Source: a virus (Duplodnaviria > Caudoviricetes). From it: 25,507 nucleotides of DNA. The notes beneath the pieces are model-generated. The model was not told the DNA's origin, did no database searches, and was given only the letters and a program-made list of their open reading frames with translations. Positions 14,701 through 23,819 of the stretch are shown here, one piece after another; the first letter of the stretch is position 1, and each line of letters begins with the position of its first letter. The translations under genes and the position numbers were made by a program. The stretch is from IMG/VR virus record IMGVR_UViG_3300030099_006603, positions 1 through 25,507 of that record; one strand, given 5' to 3'.

Positions 14701-17390
14701 ATAATTTTATTTTCTATCCCTTTACCCCAAGATTTATAACATATATTAGTTATAGTTTGATAATTTGTGGGAGAGTGGAATATATAAGGTGATTTCTGAT
14801 TTTCTTTAGGTTTAGTATTAATTTTTTTAAATGATTCTTTTTTCTTTAAACTTTCTTCTAAAGTTACTTTTTCATTAATCATCTTGTTAGTGTCATCACC
14901 GATCACTAAATAATTTATATTATCATTACTTCTTAAACCACTTATATTGGTTTCACTTACCCTATATCTATTTTGCCCACCATCTTCATTTAATACTAAC
15001 TCATCTCCGTCTTTAATTACTACACCTTGTTCCAATAAACTATCTACTACGTTGTCTATATCTGTTTGAGACTGAGCGGTAGCTTGTAGATATTTTAAAA
15101 ACGTTTTTTTAGAACCTTCAAATAAAAACAATAATTTTTCTACATTGTGTGCCTCTAATTCCGCAAAAAAGTTTAGATAATTAGGATCTTTTTCAGGATA
15201 GTTACTATATCTTAAAATAGTTAGTGCACGTAATACTAATATTTCATTTAATTTTTTATTAAAGTCTTCTTTATTGTTTACACTTAATAATTTATAATAA
15301 GGATTATCTGTTACATCAATTGGGTTAATAGGATACCAATCATTAGTATCTGCACCCGAATTTTGTGTTTTAGTTGCAATTCTTTTTGCCTTATTTATTG
15401 ATGTCTTACCTTCTAAATATTTTGTTAAAAATTCACTAACAAACGTCACTTCAGGAAAAAATGTTTCCTCAGTAGATTTTAATTCTTCACCTATATAAAA
15501 TTCTTGTGGATCTGTATTATCATTTTCTTGTTTAAAAACAGTCGCCCATGGATATGGTGTATCTACCTTTCCATTTTCACCTGTTGGTAAATCATTTAAT
15601 GAAAATTTCCTATTAAATAACTTATTACGTTGTTTTTTTAAACTTTCACTTTGTGAGTCTACGGAAACTTCATATAATGTCTTTATCATTGCCTGTGTAT
15701 TATTACAAATAACTGAAAAGACATATTTTAATGTGGGGTTAAATTTTAATTCTTCCGTTAGAGACTTATTTAATCTTTTTTCAATTTCCTTTTTTTCTTT
15801 ATCTCTTACCGTTTGAATATAATTAATTATGTTTTGAGTTAATTGTCTCATATCTGCAAAATTATAAACAAACATAGGGTTTTGTAAACTACCTAAACCT
15901 CTAGTAATTGCTATTTTCTTTTCTTCGGTTATTAAATCATCGGGTTTAAATGATGAGTTAATACCATATGTAAGTAACTTATATAGTGGAGTATTTTCAG
16001 TAACCATATTATTTAAAATAATTTCTAAACTCTCTGAATTACCATTTAGTTTAAAACTAATATCTACATTTCCATCACTTATTGTTTTACTTTCTGTCCC
16101 TACTCCATCTTTTCTCCACGGATATCCACTTTTATTACTAGCGGGGTCGACTCTAAAATCCCTAAAAGGATTATCTCCTTGATTAATTTTGATATTATCA
16201 ATATCTAAACTTAAATCTTTTAAAAAAGGAGTACTTTCCGTTAAATATTCTTCATAACTACTAATTAACCTATTAAGTTGTTGTGTATATTGATTAAAAT
16301 ATAAACTCTCAGAAGCATTTTTTTTCATTATAATTATATCTCTTACTGATATATAATCTCTATCTAATTGTAAATCATCCTCTTTAATTCCTTCCGTTTG
16401 GATTGTATCAGAATCATTAGATTTCTTCATAAACTCTTCACTATTGTTGGTTGTATCATCTTCTTTAGGCATTGGGCTACCTATTAATGTAAGAATATTT
16501 TCCATTTTTTTCTGTAAAGTAGTCAGTTTTATGAATGCATCATATGACGTATCTTCATCTTTTAAGTTTTGAAAAGTAACGGGTAGTTTACTCATTTGTA
16601 TTAAAAAATCATCCAATGGGGGTGTATCTAACGTTATTGTTTCCCCTTGTTCGTTTTTTTGTTCAATCTTAAGTTTATTAAGTTCTTTCAAACCTCTTTT
16701 TGTATTAACTGTACCAATAATATTACCTAAATTCATATCCGCTAAAAATGCCTGTTGAAATCCAACGAAATTAGCTTGTATATTAAAGTTTCCTTTGGCA
16801 GAATCAAAACTAGAATCCCATTTTAATAAATGTAAACAATAAGTAACTGGTGGACCGTAATAACCTTTAATTGTTAATTGAAAGACAGGATAAGGTAATG
16901 TAAAAAATACACCATATCTTAATCTACTATCCGCAATATCTTGGTCTTCAGGTAAAACATCAAAAAGACTAGCACCCCTTAAATCCGTAAATGAAATATT
17001 TACTTTAGGAACTAAACTAGCACCATATTCTACATTAATAGAGTTGATACCGAACCCTTCTAACATACCTTCTGAATCTTGTTGTGCAGAAGTACCACCC
17101 ATATCGGTGTAGTTTGTTGTTGCATAAGACTTATATGTAGTTCTTTTAGTATTATTACTATCCTCACTTACATCATATATTTCTTCTGTTGATTGTGTAG
17201 CAATAAAACTTATTTCACCGGTATCTGAATTTGCACTATCACCCACACCTCTATGTGTAGACTGAGCAAAAAGAGAAATATATAAAAATAAATCTTCTTC
17301 AGGAATTTTATCTCTACCAGGTGGGTTAGGATCAACTAAAAATATTTTGTTTTTAGTGGCTACATTTACATTAGAATTTGGATCTTGCAT
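11724..17390 (-). CDS. Giant baseplate hub protein (gp27/gp44/VgrG-like), with a degenerate GH19/lysozyme-like C-terminal region
   Basis: N-terminal beta-rich FGINSINVEY...PKVNISFTDLRG...FQLTIKGYYG. Hub C-terminal signature SYKCGVEALGCMPIQPLMYFQLDNVPFFNGTYLITNVTHTI...TTNFEGLR. Follows the gp53-like gene. Confidence 0.65.
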   Translation of the reverse strand: MQDPNSNVNVATKNKIFLVDPNPPGRDKIPEEDLFLYISLFAQSTHRGVGDSANSDTGEISFIATQSTEEIYDVSEDSNNTKRTTYKSYATTNYTDMGGTSAQQDSEGMLEGFGINSINVEYGASLVPKVNISFTDLRGASLFDVLPEDQDIADSRLRYGVFFTLPYPVFQLTIKGYYGPPVTYCLHLLKWDSSFDSAKGNFNIQANFVGFQQAFLADMNLGNIIGTVNTKRGLKELNKLKIEQKNEQGETITLDTPPLDDFLIQMSKLPVTFQNLKDEDTSYDAFIKLTTLQKKMENILTLIGSPMPKEDDTTNNSEEFMKKSNDSDTIQTEGIKEDDLQLDRDYISVRDIIIMKKNASESLYFNQYTQQLNRLISSYEEYLTESTPFLKDLSLDIDNIKINQGDNPFRDFRVDPASNKSGYPWRKDGVGTESKTISDGNVDISFKLNGNSESLEIILNNMVTENTPLYKLLTYGINSSFKPDDLITEEKKIAITRGLGSLQNPMFVYNFADMRQLTQNIINYIQTVRDKEKKEIEKRLNKSLTEELKFNPTLKYVFSVICNNTQAMIKTLYEVSVDSQSESLKKQRNKLFNRKFSLNDLPTGENGKVDTPYPWATVFKQENDNTDPQEFYIGEELKSTEETFFPEVTFVSEFLTKYLEGKTSINKAKRIATKTQNSGADTNDWYPINPIDVTDNPYYKLLSVNNKEDFNKKLNEILVLRALTILRYSNYPEKDPNYLNFFAELEAHNVEKLLFLFEGSKKTFLKYLQATAQSQTDIDNVVDSLLEQGVVIKDGDELVLNEDGGQNRYRVSETNISGLRSNDNINYLVIGDDTNKMINEKVTLEESLKKKESFKKINTKPKENQKSPYIFHSPTNYQTITNICYKSWGKGIENKIIGGDADFSKLKDSFDIVDISNIDGGVNIKKRTEESLPVTEEEIKNRLYINKFNSNDGAKVLTNSSLWAQQPDTYSNALLYLSTLPFSDWNTVIGNNIIDSTSTILKLPKRYLLWIGGSLYRSSKPTDIINWAGYNKLKKKNESFKTTYVDLLTKEDDWGMNWNLGNILNLPTHTKQQLIQYFIDWVEGSGGYNSDIIQIEKYTDASNDKDIKNTSSKVRTILNETTYLAILVPKLFDEDYGKNKNFMRIKTSVFTEFITNFKNKFNQEKTEDPETEEDKSKDIVKDNKIKLSLYNYLKGIYDKWVAGSTGEDLCYNACGSSGGNLIDYFRFIDRTWNDIGDKAVINLKSLTSISNDMDTNIYLLISKILRDNQFLFQILPNYVNFKKEEDVKEMFQPMTNLDEWSSSGPIYVCIYAGGQSKSLAIDEMVRTYAYPNDGFDIMSDTSSVSQAVDGDKNTMVAFRVAFGAENQSIFKDVSLNQNEYRETGEYFSTLSQLIDKRGGNSKVFSGPNLLKVYRTRSYKCGVEALGCMPIQPLMYFQLDNVPFFNGTYLITNVTHTINGNDMTTNFEGLRQSSNVIPIVDKYTTFLNMNFEEVEDEILPLDNLTQEDLRINEIGLIEELANEPFNFEAFLTNDGENLIQLGVPQNVVTKLLEEPLDTSGKEKGKTIFESGIKTVLGDTVTNSQVTMFLSSMLFYSNNMTRMSSSAYNNNVKDWTITQTLKDKDGNDIPKVATNPELKKVFEELYKVGASLYFTIYTTQSISTPDINNLITTNIQNYIDGKPQEYFDNQILQLPIVENRLKGNDEINEDQEFLKNALIGKNSEVFKEALYVQDYLFRRRGYLPVTDLANLDDQKPSIIDFISKNIDTQITREYIDKNPNYITNETTGPKICFMFALSSFISEGEYIYGYKSYSKVENKFVTEDYECYSPNFYSKQGGSGVDYSHIINMIMNRPISDTNKKYKSFKKVLRQTNLLSYTNIYPSKEIKKCN

Positions 17391-17401
17391 AAAACTTTAT
17401 T

Positions 17402-17725
17402 TTAAATACCATATAATTCATCATAATTTTTAACTGCTTGAATATATTGTTGTATAGTATCTGTTAACGGAAATGGTATCCTTATTATTTCTCCATTTGG
17501 TATATTTTCTTCTACCCCACCATATCTAGGATTACATAGTAAAATTAACCATCCATAGTACGGTGAGTTATAATATTGTTGACTAAATTTATCTAACCTA
17601 TCTCTATCACTATTATAAACTACTGTTTTATCGGTTGATTTTGGATCAATGGTTAAAAATGGAAGTGGTTTTGTTACCTCATTAATTACGAATCTTGTAT
17701 ATCTATTATAATAATTTCTTGACAT
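17402..17725 (-). CDS. LysM-like baseplate protein (T4 gp53 / P2 gpX-like)
   Basis: DRLDKFSQQYYNSPYYGWLILLCNP...IPNGEIIRIP pattern. Canonical position between tube initiator and hub. Confidence 0.8.
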   Translation of the reverse strand: MSRNYYNRYTRFVINEVTKPLPFLTIDPKSTDKTVVYNSDRDRLDKFSQQYYNSPYYGWLILLCNPRYGGVEENIPNGEIIRIPFPLTDTIQQYIQAVKNYDELYGI

Positions 17726-17732
17726 AATTTAT

Positions 17733-20700
17733 TTATATTTTACTAATTGTTCCACTTACTTTTTTATTTTTTATTTCACATTCAACTTTAAATTCTACTG
17801 TTTTTTTACTAGATGATTTAGCTTCGCTATAATATCCTGTCACTCTTAGTAATAGTAAAGATTTACTTTTAAGTTTATTTAGTTTTTTAGTTTGTTTTTC
17901 CAATAATTTTTGTTTTGCCCTTAAATTAGTAAGTAGAGTAGGGTTGGTTTGTCCGGATTGTATTTGAGTTTTTAAATTAACTATTTCAGTATTAAGTGAT
18001 GTAATTCCTGATACTAAAACTGGTATGTCTTCTGTTGCAGATTCAATTTCTGATTTTATACCTGCCTTATTAAATACCCCATTTAAATCCCCTAGGTCTT
18101 CTGTTAATTTTACTGTTGAGTCATCTTTTTCGATTTTATTTGTTGGGTCTTTATCAACAACACCAATATTTTTTAATGTCTTATATATAGTATCACCAGA
18201 GAATTTATAATCTACTTCCATCACAAGTAAATTTTGTTTTAATTCATAACCTTTATTAGCACCATCTAACGCAATAACATCACTAGATTTTAGTGGTTCA
18301 CTTACTGTTGACCCAGTAGTGGCAGCATCAACTGCAGTTAAAGATTTAACTAAAATATCTGTAGCAGAATTATCTATCACAATATTATAATAAGGTTCAA
18401 ATGATGATGTAGGTGTTCCTCCTCCACCTTTTGCCGCTTCTTCTTGTTCTGGAAATCCTTCAGTTTTTAATGATTCTGTTAACCTATCTAAATCTACACC
18501 TTCTTTTGCCTTTTCTTCCCCTAATTTTATTCCTGGAACTATTTTACCACCATCTGCAGTTAATTCTAAACTATCGGAACGAACATCATACATTTCGGTA
18601 TTCGCATAATAGTTAAATGATAATGCATTTTGTAATCTATCAATAGGTCCTTGCAATGATTGCCCACCTAATATATTAATCGACATAGTAATATTTGCCA
18701 TCATAGGTTGTACTCCTATACCTGATGGGTTCAAATCCCATTGTATTCCACTTCCTCCCTCATAAGTTATATTTAATGATGTTATACAAACTTTAGTGTG
18801 TATAAAATCACCAATTCTTAAAATACATATTGGGGGTCTACCGAAATTTAAATTTTGTGGTTTGAATTTAGTATCTTTTGTAGATATACTCGGCCCTTGT
18901 CTTAAACATTGATTTAAGAATGTTAATCTAGTATTTAAACCTTCTGGTGTAGTACTATGAAATCCAGGATGAAAATATTTAATTTTTTCCGAAATAGTTG
19001 CAAAATAGTTAGGATAAAATTCATCTATATAATCAAAATAAGTAGTTTCATCAATAATTAGATTATCAACTATTTGTGCAAATTCAGGATAATAAACCAA
19101 ATCACCTAACCCTTCATTTTTTACTTCTGGTGTTTTTTCAGTATCTTGTGAATTAACTTGATCATATTCTATTGATACCTCAACTCTTTGGTTGGATATA
19201 CTTATCTGATTAGTTGATAATGTACTGCCTTTTGCGATGATTTTCTTCTTAACTTTTCTTTTTAATTTAGAATCTAAATTATTTTTTATTTCTTTAAAAA
19301 CTAATTCTGCTCTTTTTTTACTTAATCTTTTTGCTTCACCATCAGATAGTGTATCACCAATTACACTACCTCCAGTTGTTCCAGAAATTGCAGATTGTTC
19401 TTTTTTACCAGCAAAACCAACACACGTAATTAAAATATCTCCCGCTTCTAAATCAATATTTTCAAATAATGTTAATACTTCATTAGTTAAATTATTTGTT
19501 ACTGTTGAGGTGTTAACATTAACAGTAAATATTTTTTTACCAGACCCATCGTCATCACATGGTTGTTTTGTTAAACCATTCGCTTTACCACCTTCAAAAC
19601 AAACAACAAAATCTTCTTTAATTCTATCTGTATTATTTACTGTTTCTGATTCTTGTTTTGATAATTTTTTTTCAATTTCTTTTTTAGTGTTGGTATCAAT
19701 ATTTGTATCCCTATCTAATAAATTTAAAAATTCTTGTGGTGAATCACATCCCGCAATAAATCTCTCAATTGCATTTGTTCTTTTACCTCTATACCCATTA
19801 ACTACTCTAGGATGATCAACTACTACCTTAAATCTTAATTGTCCTGTCCTACTTGCATTATTATATGTATATAATGGTTCTCCCCTTCCTATAAATTGGT
19901 TATCATTCCATTGTGCACCTGAATTTTCATCAAATGCTAAGTCATAAGGTGGAAACCACATTATTCTTCCTTTATTTCCTGTTAACATATCACCAGGTCC
20001 AATTTCACATAAAGGTAAATCTGGTAAATTATCCGTCCAAGCTAAATTTTCAATAGACAACATAAATTTCTTAAATGTTGTAGTACCATCTTCTTTTAGT
20101 GGGTGATATTTTGGTATTCCATTATCTTGTAATACACTAAATGCTGACTTTTCTTTAGTTGCGGAAAATCCTACCGCTCCACCGGGAGTTTCATCAGTAA
20201 ATAAACCACTCTTTCTAATTGCATTTGCATAAGAATAATTATTAACTACTGTCCATACCCTACAATAATTACCATCAAAATCGGCATCTATTAACCCCGA
20301 CTTACTAATTGCATTACCTCTACTAATTAATCTACCTTTTTGTTTATCTTTAAAAAATCTATCAGTCTGATCGATAAATGCATTTTCAGATTGTTCAGTT
20401 ACTAAATTTTGAGTTTTAAATAGTAGTGTTTTTTCGTTGAAGTTGTTAGGTGTTTCCTTTTCCCATTTATATGTTTCATCAACAGTTGTTTCTTTTTGTC
20501 CTTCCGATTGACTTCCATCTGCATCATTAAAATCAGATGAAGGAAATGGTGATGCAATAATTGCACCCCTATTAGTACTTGCAGGACTACCAATATAATA
20601 TCTACTATTAGTACCTTCATCAGAAGTTCCAACTAACCTACTATCAGTATACTTAGGTCTAAATAAATTATTCTCAAAAGAAGATAATAAATACTGAATT

Positions 20701-21557
20701 TGTTCATTACTAGTTCTAGTTAAGAAATTATCCATTCTTTGTTCTGTTGATAAAGAAGGATTCGCAGCACCTAAATCCATATTTAATCTATTCGCTAAAT
20801 CAATATTTTGATTATTCTTTGGTGAATTATTATATTCTTGCCACCCTATAGCATCATCTGAAATACCAGTTTGTTCATTACTGAATACACCCTTTAATTT
20901 ATTTATATAATTTGGTATAACTATGTCTTCATTAACGGGTGGTGTAATACTACCTGTTTTTGTTAATGGTTGTAATTCCTCTTCTATTTGAGCAATTTTG
21001 TATTGTATTGTACTTGTTAAGTATTTTGCCCCAGTTAATCCCAATAATGATTCATCGTTTAAATCATATGCATTTGCCATTTCAATTACATTATATGGAA
21101 ATTGAACTCCTACATTTTTTCCTCTACTTAATAGGTTAAATTTTTCAGGTAAAGAACCATTTGGGTATTCACTTCTATCTACATCTTCATTACCTCTACC
21201 AATTAAATTTAATGATGCACTTATTGCATCAATATAAGGTGTATAAATAACTTCGTAGTTTGGGTATCCATTTAAAGGTTTAAATCTATTTAATAGTAAA
21301 TCATTCTCTCTTTCAGTCTGACTACTCTCTTCTAATAATCTACCCTCAATCTTATTAGTATTATAATTGGTTTTTATATTCTCACCAGTTTCATCATCAA
21401 TATTGACTATAGTACCTGCACCATATGCCATATTGGCAAATTGACTTTCTTTAATTCCATCAGAAATTGGTGGTGGTAAATTCCTCGCTAATAACGAGTT
21501 TCTAAATTCTTGTGTACTATATACTCCTAATTTATCTAGGTCTAATATTCCTGGCAT
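17733..21557 (-). CDS. Large baseplate tail-tube initiator-like protein (gp48/gp54/P2 gpU-like fold) with an inserted OmpA-like domain
   Basis: FDENSGAQWNDNQFIGRGEPLYTYNNASRTGQLRFKV and PPICILRIGDFIHTKVCITSLNITYE...W...PMMANITMSINIL resemble the two halves of the tube-initiator fold. Located directly after the TMP. Confidence 0.65.
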   Translation of the reverse strand: MPGILDLDKLGVYSTQEFRNSLLARNLPPPISDGIKESQFANMAYGAGTIVNIDDETGENIKTNYNTNKIEGRLLEESSQTERENDLLLNRFKPLNGYPNYEVIYTPYIDAISASLNLIGRGNEDVDRSEYPNGSLPEKFNLLSRGKNVGVQFPYNVIEMANAYDLNDESLLGLTGAKYLTSTIQYKIAQIEEELQPLTKTGSITPPVNEDIVIPNYINKLKGVFSNEQTGISDDAIGWQEYNNSPKNNQNIDLANRLNMDLGAANPSLSTEQRMDNFLTRTSNEQIQYLLSSFENNLFRPKYTDSRLVGTSDEGTNSRYYIGSPASTNRGAIIASPFPSSDFNDADGSQSEGQKETTVDETYKWEKETPNNFNEKTLLFKTQNLVTEQSENAFIDQTDRFFKDKQKGRLISRGNAISKSGLIDADFDGNYCRVWTVVNNYSYANAIRKSGLFTDETPGGAVGFSATKEKSAFSVLQDNGIPKYHPLKEDGTTTFKKFMLSIENLAWTDNLPDLPLCEIGPGDMLTGNKGRIMWFPPYDLAFDENSGAQWNDNQFIGRGEPLYTYNNASRTGQLRFKVVVDHPRVVNGYRGKRTNAIERFIAGCDSPQEFLNLLDRDTNIDTNTKKEIEKKLSKQESETVNNTDRIKEDFVVCFEGGKANGLTKQPCDDDGSGKKIFTVNVNTSTVTNNLTNEVLTLFENIDLEAGDILITCVGFAGKKEQSAISGTTGGSVIGDTLSDGEAKRLSKKRAELVFKEIKNNLDSKLKRKVKKKIIAKGSTLSTNQISISNQRVEVSIEYDQVNSQDTEKTPEVKNEGLGDLVYYPEFAQIVDNLIIDETTYFDYIDEFYPNYFATISEKIKYFHPGFHSTTPEGLNTRLTFLNQCLRQGPSISTKDTKFKPQNLNFGRPPICILRIGDFIHTKVCITSLNITYEGGSGIQWDLNPSGIGVQPMMANITMSINILGGQSLQGPIDRLQNALSFNYYANTEMYDVRSDSLELTADGGKIVPGIKLGEEKAKEGVDLDRLTESLKTEGFPEQEEAAKGGGGTPTSSFEPYYNIVIDNSATDILVKSLTAVDAATTGSTVSEPLKSSDVIALDGANKGYELKQNLLVMEVDYKFSGDTIYKTLKNIGVVDKDPTNKIEKDDSTVKLTEDLGDLNGVFNKAGIKSEIESATEDIPVLVSGITSLNTEIVNLKTQIQSGQTNPTLLTNLRAKQKLLEKQTKKLNKLKSKSLLLLRVTGYYSEAKSSSKKTVEFKVECEIKNKKVSGTISKI

Positions 21558-21565
21558 TATTTATC

Positions 21566-21580
21566 TTTATATATAAATAT
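21566..21580 (-). promoter_or_regulatory. Putative late promoter motif ATATTTATATATAAA
   Basis: Exact 15-mer, 8 nt upstream of ATG 21557. Confidence 0.72.
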
Positions 21581-21758
21581 TTAGACCAGTATTTTTTTAT
21601 TAAATAATTTACAAGAACTATATTATATAATATATTATTAGTATATTTATTCTTGTTTTAATTATTTATAGTTATTTTATTATTTATTTAAATATCTTGG
21701 ACCTCCAGGTTAAGAAATATTAATTTAAAAGTAAAGGTCAAAATGAATTTTTTTTTAA
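21581..21758. other. Largest non-coding spacer: extremely AT-rich with nested inverted repeats (candidate origin or regulatory region)
   Basis: Only 7 G/C in 21591-21695. 16-bp palindrome at 21619-21634, with arms TAAATAATT/AATTATTTA and ACAAGAA/TTCTTGT. Confidence 0.45.
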
Positions 21759-23819
21759 TTAAGTTGCATTTGTTGGGAATCCATCTTTTTCTTTCCCTCC
21801 CTTAACAAATATTTGATCACCTATTTTTTCTAATATTTTCGCTTTCAATATTGGCATTAATGATTTCCCTAAATCATTTGCATTTAAACCATTTGCACCG
21901 TTTAAGTTAACATTTATATTGAAGTCAGGTATTCTAATTTCACCACCAACATTAGAACTATTTCCCCCTAATGAGTCATTTAACATTTTATCTATAGGAC
22001 CACCTTTTTTAGCACCTACTAATGTATCTGCACTAGTAAAAGCTTCTGTAGGTTGACCTGGTCGTGAAATAAAATCCTGATTAACAATATTATTTCCGTC
22101 TCCTTCAACATTACCAATAACTTTACCACCACCCTTAAATTTTTGAATTGCGTCAGTCATTTTATCAATAGCATCAGTTGCATCTTTTATTTTATTTTCC
22201 ATACCTCCAGTATCACTAGTGTCCCCACCCTCAATTAATTTAGTTGTTAAGTCGTATATCGCATCAACTTGTTTACTAATCATACCACCTAAACTTGTTT
22301 GTTTAGAGGGGTCTAATAATTCCTTTAAAAGTGCATTACCACCTTCACCTTTTTTAGCCTTCTCTACTATCGTACCAAATGCACCTATTAAATCTTTATT
22401 ACCCTCACTCATAGTAGTGACAGTTTGATTTAAAATATTTTCACCTACCTCATAAAAATCTGTCTTTATTGCAATTCCTGCCTTAAACTCATCAATCATA
22501 TTTTGAAGTAAGTCATTAGTAGTAAAAGAATTATCAACTAATGCTTTTTGTCCTTCTTCTCCAGTCTTTTCTCTTTCTAAAAGACCATCTTTCATCGCCT
22601 GTTTTATTTCAGTAGCATTATCATTTATGTCAAATGTTTTTTCGCCAATAGTAACCTCAAATTTTCCAGTGTCTTTATTAAACTTAGCCATTTGAGCAAT
22701 TGCAGATTGTTCGTCCTCACTAAACATAGTACTATCACCCATTGCATCTCTTACATCTTTTAATTTAGATGATTGGAAAGCCATATCAATAATTTGATCT
22801 TTGTTCTGACCTAGTTTTTCAGACATAAAAGTTAACTGTTGTAATGCTTCTGGTGGTAATTCATATTCACCAGTTTTTTCATTAAACTGAACCATATTTT
22901 CAGTCATAGATTGAACCTTTTTAGCTAACTCTTCTGGTTTATTTCTAGCCAAATACATTACCTCAAAAGGATCACCGAATGCTGCAGCAATATCACCCCC
23001 CATAAGTTGTAGTTCCGCTGCCGCTTCAATAGCTTGTTCTGGATTATAAAATTTTTCTGCCATTCCCAACATCTGACTAATATCCATTCTCATGTCTACC
23101 GCTAATTTTGCCATTTCAGTCATTGCCTTAGTTCCACCAGCAAAAGACATTCTTTGCATAGATGCAAAATTATTACTTAATACCTCAACTACTTTTTGTG
23201 AGTTTAAACCCATTTTACTAGCATCTTCAAAAGTATCTGTAAATGTTTTACCCATAGTTTTAACACTAATCCCCATTAAGTCAAATCTATCTACCATTTC
23301 ACCTGTAGCGTCTTCACCTAATTTAAAAGATTTTGACATTAATGCCATTGTTTCTAAGTCACTACTATTAAACATTTTTATACGACCACTATCTTCTGCG
23401 ATTTTTGTAATTATTTCACCTAAATCAGATGCATCCAATCCCAATCTTTCAACAAGTGGCATCGCCTTTTTAAAACTTTCTGCCATCGCATTACCACCTT
23501 TAGCGGTAAGTCCCAGTTCAAAAGAAACCTTTTTATATTCTTTTGCTATTTTTTCCGCAACCTCATATTGTGCAGAAGTATCCAAAGTAAATTGTTGCAT
23601 AGCAAATGCCGCATTTTTCAGCATTCTACCATATAAAACAAAAACATTGTTACTACCTTCTATTTTATCTTTGATTTCAGACCAAGTTGAGGATTGTTTT
23701 TTTAAGTCAACTGTGGTATCGTTGATACTTTTTCGCATTCTCTCATTAGCGGCGACCTGCTCCTCCGCAAATTTTTTCCGCTCTTCAGGACTCATTTTAT
23801 CCCAATCCTTTATTGACAT
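21759..23819 (-). CDS. Tail tape measure protein
   Basis: 686 aa, Ala/Met/Lys-rich and helical (EQAIEAAAELQLMGG), with a Gly-rich C-terminal segment. Lies between the tail chaperone and the tube-initiator/LysM/hub genes. Confidence 0.75.
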   Translation of the reverse strand: MSIKDWDKMSPEERKKFAEEQVAANERMRKSINDTTVDLKKQSSTWSEIKDKIEGSNNVFVLYGRMLKNAAFAMQQFTLDTSAQYEVAEKIAKEYKKVSFELGLTAKGGNAMAESFKKAMPLVERLGLDASDLGEIITKIAEDSGRIKMFNSSDLETMALMSKSFKLGEDATGEMVDRFDLMGISVKTMGKTFTDTFEDASKMGLNSQKVVEVLSNNFASMQRMSFAGGTKAMTEMAKLAVDMRMDISQMLGMAEKFYNPEQAIEAAAELQLMGGDIAAAFGDPFEVMYLARNKPEELAKKVQSMTENMVQFNEKTGEYELPPEALQQLTFMSEKLGQNKDQIIDMAFQSSKLKDVRDAMGDSTMFSEDEQSAIAQMAKFNKDTGKFEVTIGEKTFDINDNATEIKQAMKDGLLEREKTGEEGQKALVDNSFTTNDLLQNMIDEFKAGIAIKTDFYEVGENILNQTVTTMSEGNKDLIGAFGTIVEKAKKGEGGNALLKELLDPSKQTSLGGMISKQVDAIYDLTTKLIEGGDTSDTGGMENKIKDATDAIDKMTDAIQKFKGGGKVIGNVEGDGNNIVNQDFISRPGQPTEAFTSADTLVGAKKGGPIDKMLNDSLGGNSSNVGGEIRIPDFNINVNLNGANGLNANDLGKSLMPILKAKILEKIGDQIFVKGGKEKDGFPTNAT

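Noticed and set aside
17730-17737. Coding-strand TATAAATA (exact T4 late box) before the LysM-like gene, with another at 21663-21670
   Set aside because: It includes the upstream stop codon and is only 4 nt from the ATG in a 7-nt gap. All-AT 8-mers are frequent here and it does not recur before other structural genes.
19237-19815. 192-aa plus-strand ORF and the other short plus-strand ORFs in the track (1418, 6165, 6860, 7571, 8537, 10053, 10081, 10546, 11125, 14242, 18025, 18413, 22219)
   Set aside because: All overlap well-supported minus-strand genes and have antisense-type composition.
11849-20632. Short same-strand out-of-frame ORFs 11849-12046 and 20402-20632
   Set aside because: Nested within long genes, at lengths expected by chance, with no initiation signals or motifs.
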